Positions 50,101 to 63,562 of a stretch of 64,000 bases of DNA are shown piece after piece. Within the stretch, counting starts at the first letter, position 1. Every line of letters begins with the position of its first letter. The position numbers and the translations under genes were made by a program. Below the pieces are notes generated by a model. That model searched no databases. It was not told the origin of the DNA and saw only the letters and a list, made by a program, of their open reading frames with translations. The stretch comes from Epiperipatus broadwayi (lineage: Eukaryota; Animalia; Onychophora), in the NCBI GenBank assembly GCA_028023455.1, contig JAQFVV010000001.1, positions 26,598,001-26,662,000 of the forward strand, given 5' to 3'.

Positions 50101-50655
50101 TAAGGGGTCTTCCGGGTAATTGTTTTTCGAGAGACTTCTCAACAAGATTGCATCACTTCTGGCTACAAAATTATATATGAAAAATAATAAGTTTTATATA
50201 TAATACCTTATATATATATAATATAACTATTAATTTATTCACAATCTCCTACACTGAAATATAGATATATATTTATTATTTACGCTCGTATACACATGAG
50301 AATATTATTATGAAATAAAATATTTTTAAATTAAAATACATATGTGTTTACATTATTTATGTTATAATACTAACCAAAAGAAATATATATATTATTAGCT
50401 ATGTATATACATGCGTAAAGGTGGGTTTGAATATAGTTAGATGGTAGAAGATTGGATGTGGGCTGTGAAGCAGGATCTGAGCATCAGATCATCTGCTTCA
50501 ATATATATATATATTGATTATGAACATGTTAATAGAAATATAGATGCAAAATACTAAAGAGTAAATACAATTGTTATGTAAAGAACCTATAATTAAAATG
50601 TAGATTCCATATCCATAACATTGCAGTAAAAATAAGCCAACAATACATATCATAT

Positions 50656-52067
50656 AAAATATTGGTATTAGTACATATAATACACTCCACCATTTGATGG
50701 CACTGGTTTTCACCCAACGCACATCAATATGCCATTTTAGTGACCTAACTTATGGCTAACACTACAAGTGTTGCTGTAGCCATAATAGGCCATTTGATGG
50801 TGATATATTCTACACTTATGTAATGAAATACCATGCCCATTGTGTTGCAAAAGCATTCCTCAAGTGAGTGCAATTGACCTATTGTTATGGTATGATTTGA
50901 TGGTAACCATATTTTAAATACGCGAAACTCTTAAAATATTCATCAATGAAAAATTGTGAGAAAACTTAATCAAAGTAGTAATACAAATTAAGAATTGTCA
51001 GCCCATCGCACAGGTTTTTGTATGATTTGTAACTAAACACAATTGCAAAAGGTTAGGTTGAAAAGCAGAATTCGGCCGAGTTCATGCAAAAATGCATGTT
51101 TTCGCGTGAACACATGTGAGAATAATACAATGGTGTCTGCAAATGTAAAAAATTCATTGAAGCTAAGTGAATTACTGTCTAAGTGAGCGTTTATTTTTTA
51201 TTTAATTTTTGCCAAAATATTTATAATGTATTTTTTATTCAATAAATGTCCAAATTATTTCATACAAAATTGTTGTTGTTATTTACATAATTGAAAAAAA
51301 AACTAAACCCGCTCTCCATCGAAAAACAAACTGTAGATTTATTAAAAACGAAATGTTTAAGGATTGCTTAAAAAGCAATAACTTCTCGGTAGCATAAATG
51401 TTTAAAAAAAATATCAAAGAAGTCGATAATTAATAATCAAACCAATCCACTTCCACCATCTAAAAATTAAGAACTTTTTGGTAGCATAAATGTTAAAAAA
51501 ATATATATATCAAAAAAAAAAAGTAAAAGACTAAAAAGAAAACCAACCCCCCTCCACCATCTAAAAACAAAGTGTTTGTTTCTTGAAAATGAAACCAACC
51601 CCCTTCCACCATCTAAAAAGAAAGAACTTTTCAATAGCATAAATGTTAAAAAAATATATATAAAAAAGTAAAAAGATGATAATTAAAAAGAAAACCAACC
51701 CCCCTCGACCATTTAAAAACAAAGTATTTGTTTCTTAAAAATCAAACCAACCTCCTTTCACTATCTAAAAATAAAAAAGAACTTTTCAGTAGCATAACCC
51801 TCCCTCCATCATCTAAAAACAAAGTGTCTGTTTCTTAAAAATCAAACCAACCCCCTTCCACCATCTAAAAATAAAGAACTTTTCAGTAGCATAAATGTTT
51901 AAAAAAAAAAGAAGTAAAAAGACAATAATTAAAAAAAAAAAAAAAAACTACATTTATAAAATTTACCATATTTTCATCCCATGAACATGTATATAGATGT
52001 GCATTGGGCAAAAACCAGCACCATCAAACAGTGGAGTGTATTATATGTACTAGTACCAAAATATTTT
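50656..52067. mobile_element. Non-autonomous TIR element with ~75-bp TIRs and an internal tandem array
   Basis: AAAATATTGGTATTAGTACATATAATACACTCCACCATTTGATGG...GCACATCAATAT (50656-50730) pairs with ATATAGATGTGC...CCATCAAACAGTGGAGTGTATTATATGTACTAGTACCAAAATATTTT (51991-52067). Confidence 0.82.
51370..51940. repeat. Higher-order tandem repeat (~50-bp subunits inside ~160-bp units)
   Basis: AAACCAACCCC(C/T)TCCACCATCTAAAAA recurs about 8 times, alternately followed by CAAAGT.TTTGTTTCTT or GAACTTTTCAGTAGCATAAATGTT. Confidence 0.9.
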
Positions 52068-54662
52068 TGATTATTTAAGAATGAATAATCTTATGTTTAT
52101 ATTAAATATGTTACATAAAAATGTGTGAATATTTCAGTTTCTCTAATTTTTATTAAATTCTTTTAATTAAAACAGAGAACATTTAGTTTATTATATAATT
52201 TTATTCAGATTATAAAATAATTACTTCTTTAATTAAATAAAAAATTTAAATCTGCAAAAATAAATTATTAAGATATTTATTTCCTCACTTTCAATCAATA
52301 TAATGGTATTATTTCTATGAATATAATTTTTCCACATAAGATTTAATAATGGTATGACATGTCAAAATAGACATAAAAAGCAATTTTGATTTTACAATCA
52401 CTCATTCTATTAAAATAATGTATTTTTTAATGCATATATATGTGACTATTAATTTCTTTGACAGAAGATAGGTTAAGATAAATAAGCAACTTTGGTCAAG
52501 TATTAGCATTTAATTGTCTATTCTAATCTCAACTTTTAAGTGTCAGGCTACATAAGAGTATTATATAATTTATTTTTGATCCATAATTTGATTATTCTAA
52601 TTAATTCGGTGTTGAATTTAAAGACAAGTGATCTTTACTTATTAATAATCAAATAATTGGATAAATTTTATTATATATGTGGCAGGCAAGTATGTGCAAG
52701 CATCATTTATTTGATATAATATATATATATTATGTGCCTTAAGATGAAGATCATTTAAATGAGTTAAAATGGATTTCTCTTACTATAATATTTATAATTA
52801 AGGCACTCATTAACGAATTGGTATGCATAAAAGTTAAGTGAACATTAATGAAAATCACTATTCAGTGACAATACATAAAAACAGCTTTGGAATTAAATCA
52901 AAATTTTGAAAACATTTTTTTTAATAATTAGATTATCTCAGTGTCTAAATATTAATATCTAAATTCCAATGTGAATATAGGCTAAATACAAATCTTAATT
53001 TCAATGAAGTTTAGTAAATACATTAATAATTACTTAAAATATTAATTTTTTATGTAATCAGAAAAAGAATTGAGTTAAAATTTGAGTTTAAATATTATGT
53101 TAACAAAATTGGATTTTTTTTCTATATTTGGTTTAGCAATAAAACAACCTCCTTAATTAATTATATAATCTTTGTTATCTTTAATATGATTTTGATGTAA
53201 ATGATTTAAATTTATAAATCAAATAAAGATAAAGTATGTACTGCTAGATATTTAGCAAATTTTCTATGTAAAAAATTGACTTAGATATATTTTAATTTAA
53301 AGAAAATGATTTTTTAAAACTTTTGTATAAACTTTCCTATCACTAAAACAAAAAAATCTTATAGTTGTCTTATATACATCATATTAGTTTTTGTTGACAT
53401 CAATAAGAAATTTTAAAAATTCTTTTAAGATAATGAACAATTGCAATTACAAAAATTTGAGATCAATTTTGATACTATCTTGGAATATCAGAAATTCCTA
53501 AGCTAGTTACAAATGAGATAAAATGTAATTCTTATTAACAAACTTATATAAACTTACAATAATAAATAAAGTATAAAAATTTGTTTCATAACTAAAATAA
53601 CAGAAGAGATCAAGAAAGAAAGCACATTTATCAAAATATTTGCTTGTATTGTTTTTTTTTCCCCAAATATATTTTCAAGTGTTTTTATTAGGAATTGTTT
53701 TTATGGGTTAAAACTCCAGTTGATATAATAGCTGTATGAAAAGAGGACAACTTGTTTACATAGATACGTACATTAATATAATGTATAATATTCCTGTCAG
53801 GATGATGTACAAAAAAAGGATATAAATGTATAAATTAAGCTTAGCAGAAGTTATAGAATGAAAAAAAATAATGTTGGTTTTGTTATTCTAAGTTTTTGAA
53901 AAGCATTCCATATATTATTATTATATGTTAATGACAAAAATAGCTAACAGTTTTAACTAATATATAAAACTGGAGTCATTGAAAAAGTAATAAAATATAA
54001 TTTAGCAATTTTTACTGTCCAGACAAAATTGAAGAAAGAGGCTCTTTAAATTTTCACTACTGCCAGACTTTATTATACTTAAGTAATATTCTTTTTTATT
54101 TCATTTTAATTATACATATATAAAATAGCATAGTAAATAAACTAATTAATGATACTATTTTAAAATAAGATTTAAAAAAAAATATTTTCTCTTTTTTATC
54201 AGTTTTACTTGCTAAGGAAAAAAAATGTTTTCTTTACTATAGTTATTAAATGCGAAGCATTTGAGAGAAAATATTTATATAAGTTCAAATTCATAGCACT
54301 TATCAAAATAAATTACAGTAACAAAGGGAGTATAAAAATAAATCAGTATTTTTATTTATTTATTTATTACTGCATATAAAGAAAAATATTCAAAAAGTAT
54401 ATTCAATATATATAGATAGATTAAAATTAATAACTACTATTTATATTTAAATATTTAAGTTTCCAGAAAATTATAAATACAGTATTTCAAAATTATGAGA
54501 AGTTTATAATGAAAGGAAATAGTAAAAGTCTATTGCTGAATTATTGTTAAGTCTAGAAAATTATTAATTGGGGAAGATTTGAGAAATAAAAAAGCTTTTT
54601 TTTTTCACACAATAGTACCATATAGTGCAAGCTCTAGTAATAAATAGATTGCTAGAAGAATG

Positions 54663-54745
54663 TGCATTATAATCCCTATCCAGTGCCTTCCTGTCCAATA
54701 TCACCTAGTTTCTGTCTTATTAGTTTCATCAGCCTTGAATCTGGC
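54663..54745 (-). repeat. Decayed retrozyme-family copy with a damaged hammerhead
   Basis: Minus strand CAAGGCTGATGAAACTAATAAGACAGAAACTAGGTGATATTGG...GGCACTGGATAGGGATT aligns with 40270-40190; stems I and II are disrupted. Confidence 0.7.
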
Positions 54746-55191
54746 AACAGTTTATCTGAGTCTTTGTATCCATTAGTAATCATGAGAAGTAAGAATGCCA
54801 GATTAACATAATGCTTCAATACAAGTAAATAATTTTAAGCTATTAAGTTGTTAAATCAGTTGCATAGAACTTAAAAAGACTGATATGGTGCTAGCAGTAA
54901 TGATAAAACAAATTTAACAATGCCTTTTGTAGAAAAACAGTGAAAGAAAAATTACTTCTTGTAAGGTTTGTCCATTGCCAGATGAAGTCTTAAGTAGTTT
55001 TCCATCTTGTTTTGCCCCAGCTAAAAACTGTTATATACTTATTTATTGATTAAGATTAAATCATAAATTGGGCTTAAGTATCTAAAAAAAAAAAAAAAAT
55101 CATGTTTTACCCTACTGAAATTTAACCCAAGTCATAAGCATAACAGACAGATGCATACCTCTGCAATACAAGATGATAAATTGATAATACT

Positions 55192-55446
55192 TAGTACAGT
55201 TTTATATCTACAATTATTATATTAGATAATATCTTGATTCTTGCTAAATATAATACTTCAATTGAATTTTATACTATCATATGTTCAAGTGAGCACCAAC
55301 TAGATATTAAAATAAATAAAATAATTAGATATATTTATTTAACTGGTGCTTAGTTTATAGTATAAAATTCAAATCTGTATTATATTTAATAAGAAATCAA
55401 GATATTATCTAATACAAATAATTGTAGATAAAAAAAAACTGTACTA
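55192..55446. mobile_element. Palindromic MITE (~110-bp arms), TA-flanked CAGT...ACTG ends (Tc1/mariner-like)
   Basis: TAGTACAGTTTTATATCTACAATTATT...GAGCACCAACTA pairs with AACTGGTGCTTAG...AATAATTGTAGATAAAAAAAAACTGTACTA. Confidence 0.85.
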
Positions 55447-55471
55447 AATAACTCATGTACACAGAAGTATG

Positions 55472-56562
55472 GATTTCAACCAACCAAAAGAACAAGCTGG
55501 TTCTAAAACTGATTTTAGTACAGTGGATCATATCTAAGAATTAAGAGAAGTTATAGAAAGGACCAATGAATAATGAATGTGAGTTGCCATTATGCTTTAG
55601 ATTTGTAGATTATAAAAAGGCATTTGATTCTATAAGCATTTCTTCAATAATTAAAGCATTGGATCATCAAGGCATAGATCCAGGATATTGTCATACTCTA
55701 AAGAATTCTTATAAAAATGCAACAGCAACAATTAGATTACATAAAGGTTAACATTGAGAAGGATGAAAGACAGGATGAATCCATATCTCCAACAAAACAT
55801 TTTACAGCAATACTGCAAGAAATATTTTGTGATTTAAAGTGGGAACTTGAAAGAATAAAAATAAATGAAGATTTTAAGATATTTAGATTTTGAGATGATG
55901 TAGTTGTTTTTGCAAATAATGCTTCAGAACTTCAGAAAATGTTACAAGAGTTATCAGATGAAAGTAAAAAAGTAGGACTAAAAGTAAATGTTAAAAAGAC
56001 TAAAGTACTGTCCAATGGATTTTCTCAAAAGATGAAAATAAAGATTGATATTGATGAGTGAGAAGAGGGAAACATAATGGATGAAATTAATCACAGAATT
56101 AAACTTGGTTGGAGTGCTTTTGGTAGAAATAACTTAATATTAAAAGGAATTATGCCTATGTGTTTGAAAAAGAAAGTTTTTACTAAATGTGTTTTATGAT
56201 GTCTTACTTATGGATCTGAGACTTGGCACTTGGAGAGATGCATGTTAAGAATAAGAAAAGATTAAAAATGAAATGCATAGGTATAAGAGACAACTGACAT
56301 TACTGAAAGAATTAAAAGACTGAAGTGGAGATGGGCTGGACATATTGCTACAAGAGATGATAATAAATGGACAGTTGAAATCTTAAACTGGATTCCAAGA
56401 GCTTGCATAAGATCTAGAAAGAGACCAGACATGAGATGGATGAAATAAGAATGTGCTGAGGTAATGTGGACAAGACAGGCTAGAGATCAGAGAAGATGAA
56501 TTGAACTTGGAAAGACCTTCATCCTGCAGTGGATTGATAATGGTTGACAATGATGATGATGA
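55472..56562 (+). mobile_element. 5'-truncated decayed RTE-clade LINE
   Basis: QPKEQAG...STVDHI, FVDYKKAFDSI, FRF*DDVVVFANNASELQKMLQELSDESKKVGLKVNVKKTK and LKWRWAGHIA. The 3' end CCTTCATCCTGCAGTGGA...(GAT)n is typical of RTE. Confidence 0.92.
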
Positions 56563-58399
56563 CAAAATATTAAATCAATTTATTCAGTAACAAGAAAACT
56601 TGTCTTTTATACCTTACATATTACATAACAATATAAGTTTATATATTTTTTAAAAATATTTTATTACTCTCTATCTGTATTAAATAGATCTTGTGAGATT
56701 GTGATAGTGCATCTGCCTATTGGGCCTAAAACGTGATTTTGCAACCAAACTTGGTAAAACTTGAAATTTTTTTCATCTTCTTACCAGACAAGTTTTTTCT
56801 TACAGGTAGCTGGCCCTATATAACCCAGTTAATCATCTAATATTGGCTCATAAAAGAATACTTAGCAAATTTTAGCTAGAATAAAATGGGATGGAAAACA
56901 ATCCTTAATCACCAGGCAATTAGCACACCTGATGGGTATTACCTTCTGTCTCACTGTTCTTTATAAGAGAGTGTTGTAAAAGGATTTGCTTCATAAAGGA
57001 ATATGTAAAGTTTGTTTACTTTTAACTCTTATCTTCAAAATAATAATAATAATTAGATGGTTTATTGCTCAGGATTTTAAGACTTCAAGCACTGCAAGTG
57101 AGAAAATTTTTACTATTTGTTCTTTTTTTAATATAAAAAAATAAATCTGGAATATAATGTTAAATTTATTAATAAATGCAGGCAATGTATAAATATTTAC
57201 AAATCCAAAATTTCATAATCAGAATATAATTTTGTTATTGAAAAAGATTGTCTCATTTTGTCTTTTATTTTTGATATATCATGGAAGTTGAAATTTATAG
57301 CAGTTATTAATTAGACTATAATAAATATAACAACAATTTATAATTGTTATGGTTTTGTACATTTTAAATCACTAACATATATATATTTTTATATGATGAA
57401 TAATAAAAATAAAGGTTATATTGAAAATAATTTTGTTTATATTTTTTTTAACTCTTCAGATAATGGTAATGAATAATTATTTATTATATTTATTAAAAAA
57501 ACAACAAGGGATGGAGGGCACTTATTAAATGTGTTTTCTTTTGAAGAGCAATCATTTGGTAATTACATCTAAAGTTTATTCAACAACTCAAGAGATATTC
57601 ACTATCTAAACAATATGTTATAGCATCAATCTAAATAAAATATCTCATTCTTTTTCTATGATGCTTTAATTAATGATGAAAATATTCTGATTATTTCAAA
57701 TAGAAATTTTCAGTCTAACAAAAGATATAAAAATAATAAACATAAACACATAAGTCAGATTCACATAATTTCCTCCAAGATTAATATATTTCAAAATACT
57801 ATTGTGGTGTGGAAAAAATAGCACAACTTTTATATAAATATATATTTTGATTTATTAAAATTTCTAATGTAATAAGTAACAATGTAATGTTTTCCAAGTT
57901 TTTTACTAATAAAAAATTATAAATTGAGTTAAAAATTAAAATGCTATTTTTCTGTAAAACAAAATACTTCAAAATAAAGCTTTTTTATTTAAAAAAAATT
58001 GTTAATGAGAATAAAAATCAACTTCTCATACATAGTTAAAGAAGACAATAACCATAAATATCCAATAAAGCATTATTATATCAAAGTAGGAGGGTTTTTA
58101 AAAAAAACACAATTTCAAATGATTTTTTTTAACAATCTAAAATAATAAATTTGTTTATGATAAGAGTTCCCAAATTCAAACTGAAAGGCCAATGTCACTA
58201 TTTTTAACATCATCATTATTATCACTACCAGATTTATTTAAAATACTTTCTTTCACATAACCTTTAATAATTTTTGATCACTTGGAAACATTTATCTACT
58301 AAGTCTTGGAATTTTGTGTTTCAGTAAAGTATCACTTATTGTAATTTTTTTAATTTTGCAATAATACCAAGTTATAACAAAAGTTTATTTTAGATATTG

Positions 58400-60200
58400 T
58401 ATTCCATGATAATAAAAAAGCCTGAAAAGCAGCAACAGTAAATTTCTTGAAAATATACAAAAGTAAAGAACTTTGTTTTCCAAAGTAAATTAACCAGTGT
58501 ATTTCGCAATAAAATCTCTTGACAAGTTGCATCATTCTTCTTCATATCATCATTGTTATAGCCTAAAATAATGAAAACAATAAAAAATGACATTTATCCT
58601 GAGAATGCAGAAATCAATGTTATTATCATGGAAACAGATCAGATGATGTTTTATCAGGTCATCATCAGAGAAAGCCTGCTATTGCTGAAAATTCTAATAT
58701 AATGACAATTAGTCAGACTCTGTTATTCCAAACATCAAATTCAATGATAACTATCAATAGGTAATATTGATTGCACAACCAAATGTCAACAGATTTTCTT
58801 ATCTCATATGTAATCTCTAAATTCACTTGACATACAGTTTACAACTACTCAACTTTTCTTATCTTTTTGAGACACATATACAGACAAGTTCTTTCAGCCT
58901 CATAATTTTACAATGCTCTCATTAATGTTTTTTTTTCTCCTGAATATTCTTCATTCTTAATTTCTCAATGTTAATCCAAATCTTTCCATATTCTGCTCTA
59001 TGGTTTTCAATATCTATATTGTTCTATTTAGTGATCATACTAGTAATGGGTAATTAAAAAGTTCCAAGTGCACTAGCTAATAATATTCAAGTAAAAAAAA
59101 ACAAAAATACTTTTAATGTGTATTATTGTTTATATTACTATAGTTATCTAATGATTTATGGTCAATATTTTATGAATTGTTTGATATAAAATAATAACAA
59201 GATATACCCACATATATCAAATGCACTATAAATCCAGCACCTAGGATTAGTGTATATTTTTATAGATATGATATGTGAATACACACAAAAAAAATTATAC
59301 TTAACAAAACAGATTTCATACATAAATAAATGTCACAAATCTTCAAGAAAATAATCTGATGATATGGAAATTACTATCCTTGCTCATTTCTCATGAGAAT
59401 TAATAATAATAAATTACCAAATGCCAGTTTAATAATATAAGACAAAAACAGTTCTCTACTTTACTGCTATCTACTATAAGATGGAGTAATCAGTGATTAG
59501 CAAATGAAATATAAAATTCCTATTCTTAGTATTTGCATCCCTGTCATCAAATTGGTTTCTGGCTTTTGTCTTTAATAATGATTCAAATAACAAAGAATAT
59601 ATATATACATTCCAGCATTCACCTTTAACTTACTTTACCTGTCAAAATTAAACTTGAAATTCCAATCAACTTAAGGTTTTGAACAAAGTCAGCCTGATTA
59701 AACAATGATATAGATTTGAAATCTGTTCAGCAATTATATATTTTAATATCTTTAGTTCTTCAATCTGTATGAACATCTATGTGGATCTGAAACCATTTCA
59801 ATAACTAAAATTAATTCATTAATTATATATTTTAATATTTTCAGTTTTCCATTAAGTAGACACTTTATTTCTCTGCTAGGGATGTTATTAATAGCAACAG
59901 ACCATTGAACACTCAGCTTAAACAATATAAGACAAGCAACTATCCATTTTACTGCAAATTTGAATAAACTAGAATAATTAATGATTATTAGATACATATA
60001 AAATTCTTATCTTTAAAATTACATCTATTCTCATACTGGTTTTTGGCTTTTGCCTTTATCAATGAGACTTTAGATTCAAAAATTGGAATGAATGCCAGTA
60101 CACATCCATCAAACACCTTTAATTCCATTTTATCTATCAAGTTAAAAAACTGAAAATCAAATATTAGAATTTTATATGCATCTGATAATTGCACATCATT
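58400..60200 (+). mobile_element. Decayed L1/Tx1-like RT relic with an internal duplication
   Basis: Ordered fragments KAATVNFLKIY, IYPENAEINVII...IRESLLLLKILI**QLVRL, VDLKPF, FSFPLSRHFI, NNIRQA...LE*LMIIR and WFLAFAF. The last block is duplicated at ~59510 and ~60000. Confidence 0.5.
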
Positions 60201-60779
60201 CTAGCTTATACTAGTTAGTAATAAAGTGAAGAACTGCATTTGTTTTTTGTTGTTTAAACTGAGTGATTGGTTATTTGTTGTTATTAATAATATTTCTAGG
60301 AAGTAGAACAAAATGGTATAGTGAATGAAAAATTGAAATTACTAAAATATATATTCTTTCAACTGGTTTCAGAGCAATATCAACAAAAATGAAGTTAAAG
60401 AGGGCTGCATATATACATTCTTTTCGATTTTAAATACAGTCCTCAATAATAAAGCAAAATCCAGAAATCAGTATGAGAATGAGAATTCAAATACTAAAGA
60501 TAGATTTTACAGATATCTGGTAATTATTAATTACTCTAGTTTATTCTAAATGATAGTAAAATAAAAGAGTTGCTTTTATTTTACACTGTTTGATGTTATT
60601 ATTAACATTACCATCCAGAAGAATAAAATATCTATAGTTAATGAAGAAAATGAACATACTAAAATATCTAGTTACTGAACTAGTTTTAGATCTATATAAC
60701 TATTCAAGTAGGTTAACTTGAGTTTAAAACTTTAGGTTGATTTGAATTCCAAGTTTTTAACTTGATAGGTAAAGTTGAG

Positions 60780-61200
60780 TTAAAGATTAATAGCTGAATG
60801 CATACATTCATTTCCTCCAACGTTAAAACTCATAGGTGTTTTGATAAAAGCATAAGCTAGAAAGTATCTGAAAATGGATTTTATATGTATCTGGTAATCA
60901 ATAATTAGTGCAGCTTACACTAGATACCAGTAAAAGGTAGAGCTGCTTTTGTTTTAGTCGAAATTTTAAATAGTATTTTTGCTAATTGTCCATTTACAAC
61001 CAGAGTATCAAAAAATAGCATACCATTAAGGCTTACAAAAGCATCCATATAAATTTTATCTACTAAAAATTAAATGAGATAAACCCAATCAACATCATGT
61101 AAACACCTGTATTAATGATTATTGATGAACAAATTTGATATTAAAGATTGACAGTGCTCAAATTAAACAATTTAATTAAAGCCTTTTTTGTGTGTTTTTA
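60780..61200 (-). mobile_element. Inverted L1/Tx1-like RT fragment
   Basis: Minus strand HDVDWVYLI*FLVDK...VVNGQLAKILFKI...FLAYAF matches AFDxVxWxYL...VNGxLS..F.I. The AGATACATATAAAAT block is shared with ~59989 on the plus strand. Confidence 0.55.
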
Positions 61201-61241
61201 TTATAATGCTGAACTAATGGATAATATGTGTGAGTATATAT

Positions 61242-62260
61242 TGTCATGGTAAGATTTGTACATTCACACAACAAAATCCGGAGTACAGGTGAAACACACT
61301 AAAGCTGACCGAATTGAGCTGGTGAGACCCAGACTTCGATCAACATTCAATCCTCCCTCCCTTACTCCATGATTCAATACCCTATGAATGACATTTCCTA
61401 AGTTACACATGAGTTTCAATTTAATTGCGGGCTGGCAGTAACCCAGGGTGGAGCAAGAGATTTAAAAATTGACAAAATGACTAAGTAAATTAATAATATG
61501 TTATTCAATAACTAGGTCTAATAGATTGATATGCATATATATAATGATATACAAATAAACCAGTGTGGAGTTGGATGCAAATTGGTTTATGAGCAATAAA
61601 GAAATAGAAATGAGTTATATTTTAAAAAACAATTTAATTAATAAAATAAAATAAATTATAAATAAAACACACAAAAATTATATAATCAGTACGTGGAACA
61701 TGATGCTTGCAGACATTATAAGTTATAAGATTGTCAGTTACATATCTCACTATACATATTTAATAAGATTATCTGCAGTGTTCATATTTATATCTATATT
61801 AATATGCCAAACTCTAGCTACTTTGTAGTTTGCCAAATCACATGGAATATATTAGCCAAAGTTATAACTAATCATACAGCACTTCTATGGTATCTGTCTA
61901 TATATAAAAGTTTAAGAAGTGAGCATATAATTAGACTCAAAGATACGCAGGTTAGCATGTTAACCAAGATTAGGGTTCAGCCTAATGCTGAATAATCTTT
62001 TAATATAAGGGAGAGAGAACTGGTTTGCTCTAGGTCTACTTATATACCCTAGGTCTACTTATACACACTATGACTCTTATTAAAATATTAATAAAGTTAT
62101 TATGGTTCAAGTGGGTCATTATTCACAGGCTTCAGCATCGAATGCTCAATGCCCTAGGACCAAATGACTTGCTATGAATATAGGAACATTAAAAGTTCAG
62201 GGAGTCGGATAAGCCTTTAATCATCTGGACCTTTGTGTTTCAATTTTAAAATATTGCTTT
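61242..62260 (-). mobile_element. LTR-like dispersed repeat, copy 3
   Basis: Reverse-complement homology to 18520-20000 and 31190-32053. The plus strand begins TGTCATGGTAAGATTTGTACATTCA, the reverse complement of an ...ACA end. Confidence 0.55.
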
Positions 62261-63129
62261 ATCCGAACTAAATGAATGAGCATGACCTCCACCAATAACT
62301 CATAAGAAAAACATGCAGTAAGCAGTTAATGTAGTATATGTACTTTGTAAGGACATAATCGCAACCTATACATATATCAAATAAAAATATATTTACTAAA
62401 TTAACATGCCTTAAAATAGTAATTATTTGCATATCTATATAACCCAGCTCTCAAGACCAGTATCTCAAACATACTATGCTTAGGGACTAATTAAATTAGT
62501 AACCTGTCTTAAGATACCAAACCCTCATATTTAATATACATATAAATCTAGGGAGGAGAAACCATATCTAAAGGACAATTACTGGTAAAACATTATCAAT
62601 ATGCTTTGATAATGTCCCTGTGGCTAGTTCCTATCATACATGTATTACCCATATAGAAAGTAGAGTGTAACTGATTACTAATAAATTAATAAATAAAAAT
62701 TAATCAGTCTAAATAACAACAAGATCTCATAACAGTGAGTTGGGAGTAAATAATTCAACTATTTAATATTTATTAAAATGAAGATATGAAAATATCTTTG
62801 CATAAAAATATATACTCGAAGGTTTCAAATTATTTGGTATATCAAAATAATAAGATGATAAAATCATGAAAGTAAATTATAATAGGCATAAAAGACCGCA
62901 GCAAATTATAGCTTAAATTAAATTATTAGTGTTTTACATTTTAAAAGAGTGATTTTCAAATTATAAGTTTTAGCTTCAGACAAGATTGAGCTTAAACATT
63001 AATTTAAGAATTTATCAGGTTTAGTTACAGAACTTAAGAAAACAAAATTTAAATGTTGATTCATTATATAGCTAGCTTAGATAGATATTAAGAAGTTTTT
63101 AAACAGAGCTCTGCAGCAATTAGAAATGT

Positions 63130-63350
63130 TACTGATTTTCTTCAATGCAGCTTCAGGCACACTGGATAGTGATGTCAGCACTGTTCTTCCTTGGACAGAT
63201 GGCTTGGTTTCCATCGAGATACTCTTATAATAGGTTGCTTGGCTGGGACATTATTCATTGCATTTTAAAGAGACCACAGACTACCACCAAAGCAGCAAGT
63301 CTATGCCTTTTTACCCTGCCATGTCAAAGATAAAACTGGCATGGATTCTG
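63130..63350 (+). mobile_element. LINE (RTE-like) C-terminal relic
   Basis: GLVSIEILL**VAWLGHY...PFY resembles SIExxLxxxQLRWxGHV...FY. Confidence 0.35.
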
Positions 63351-63562
63351 CTTACAACTCTGACATAAACAATGTAGTATATATCTTTGATTATAAAAAT
63401 TGAACTATTTATATATTTTTACTCCTGACCATCTAACATATTTAATTCCTAAATTTTAGCCTTTAGTTTTGTTTCAATCGTTAGATCTCTATTGACATTG
63501 TTTACTAGTGCCAGTCGAGTGCACAATGTTTACAATCTAGCTAATTCTCAGAAAAACACTCT

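Noticed and set aside
50498-50722. Hydrophobic ORF (MRWVKTSAIKWWSVLYVLIPIF...) as the signal-peptide exon
   Set aside because: It overlaps the TIR of the 50656-52067 element, and hydrophobicity follows from T-rich composition.
54956-55020. 65-nt minus-strand candidate exon (AGAKQDGKLLKTSSGNGQTLQE)
   Set aside because: Splice sites are plausible, but it has no cysteines or homology and two frames are open, so it cannot be tied to the gene.
58390-58700. Minus-strand ORF with TCQE...EIYCCC and LICFHDNNIDFC, suggesting a third Cys-rich module
   Set aside because: There is no CN ending, the splice phases do not fit, and the plus strand reads as ordered L1-type RT motifs. It is best explained as antisense of a LINE relic.
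59490-60150. Signal-peptide-like frames (KFLFLVFASLSSNWFLAFVF; KFLSLKLHLFSYWFLAFAF) and a 55-nt minus-strand exon candidate at ~59640-59694
   Set aside because: There is no start codon in frame, and the block belongs to the duplicated L1-type RT relic.
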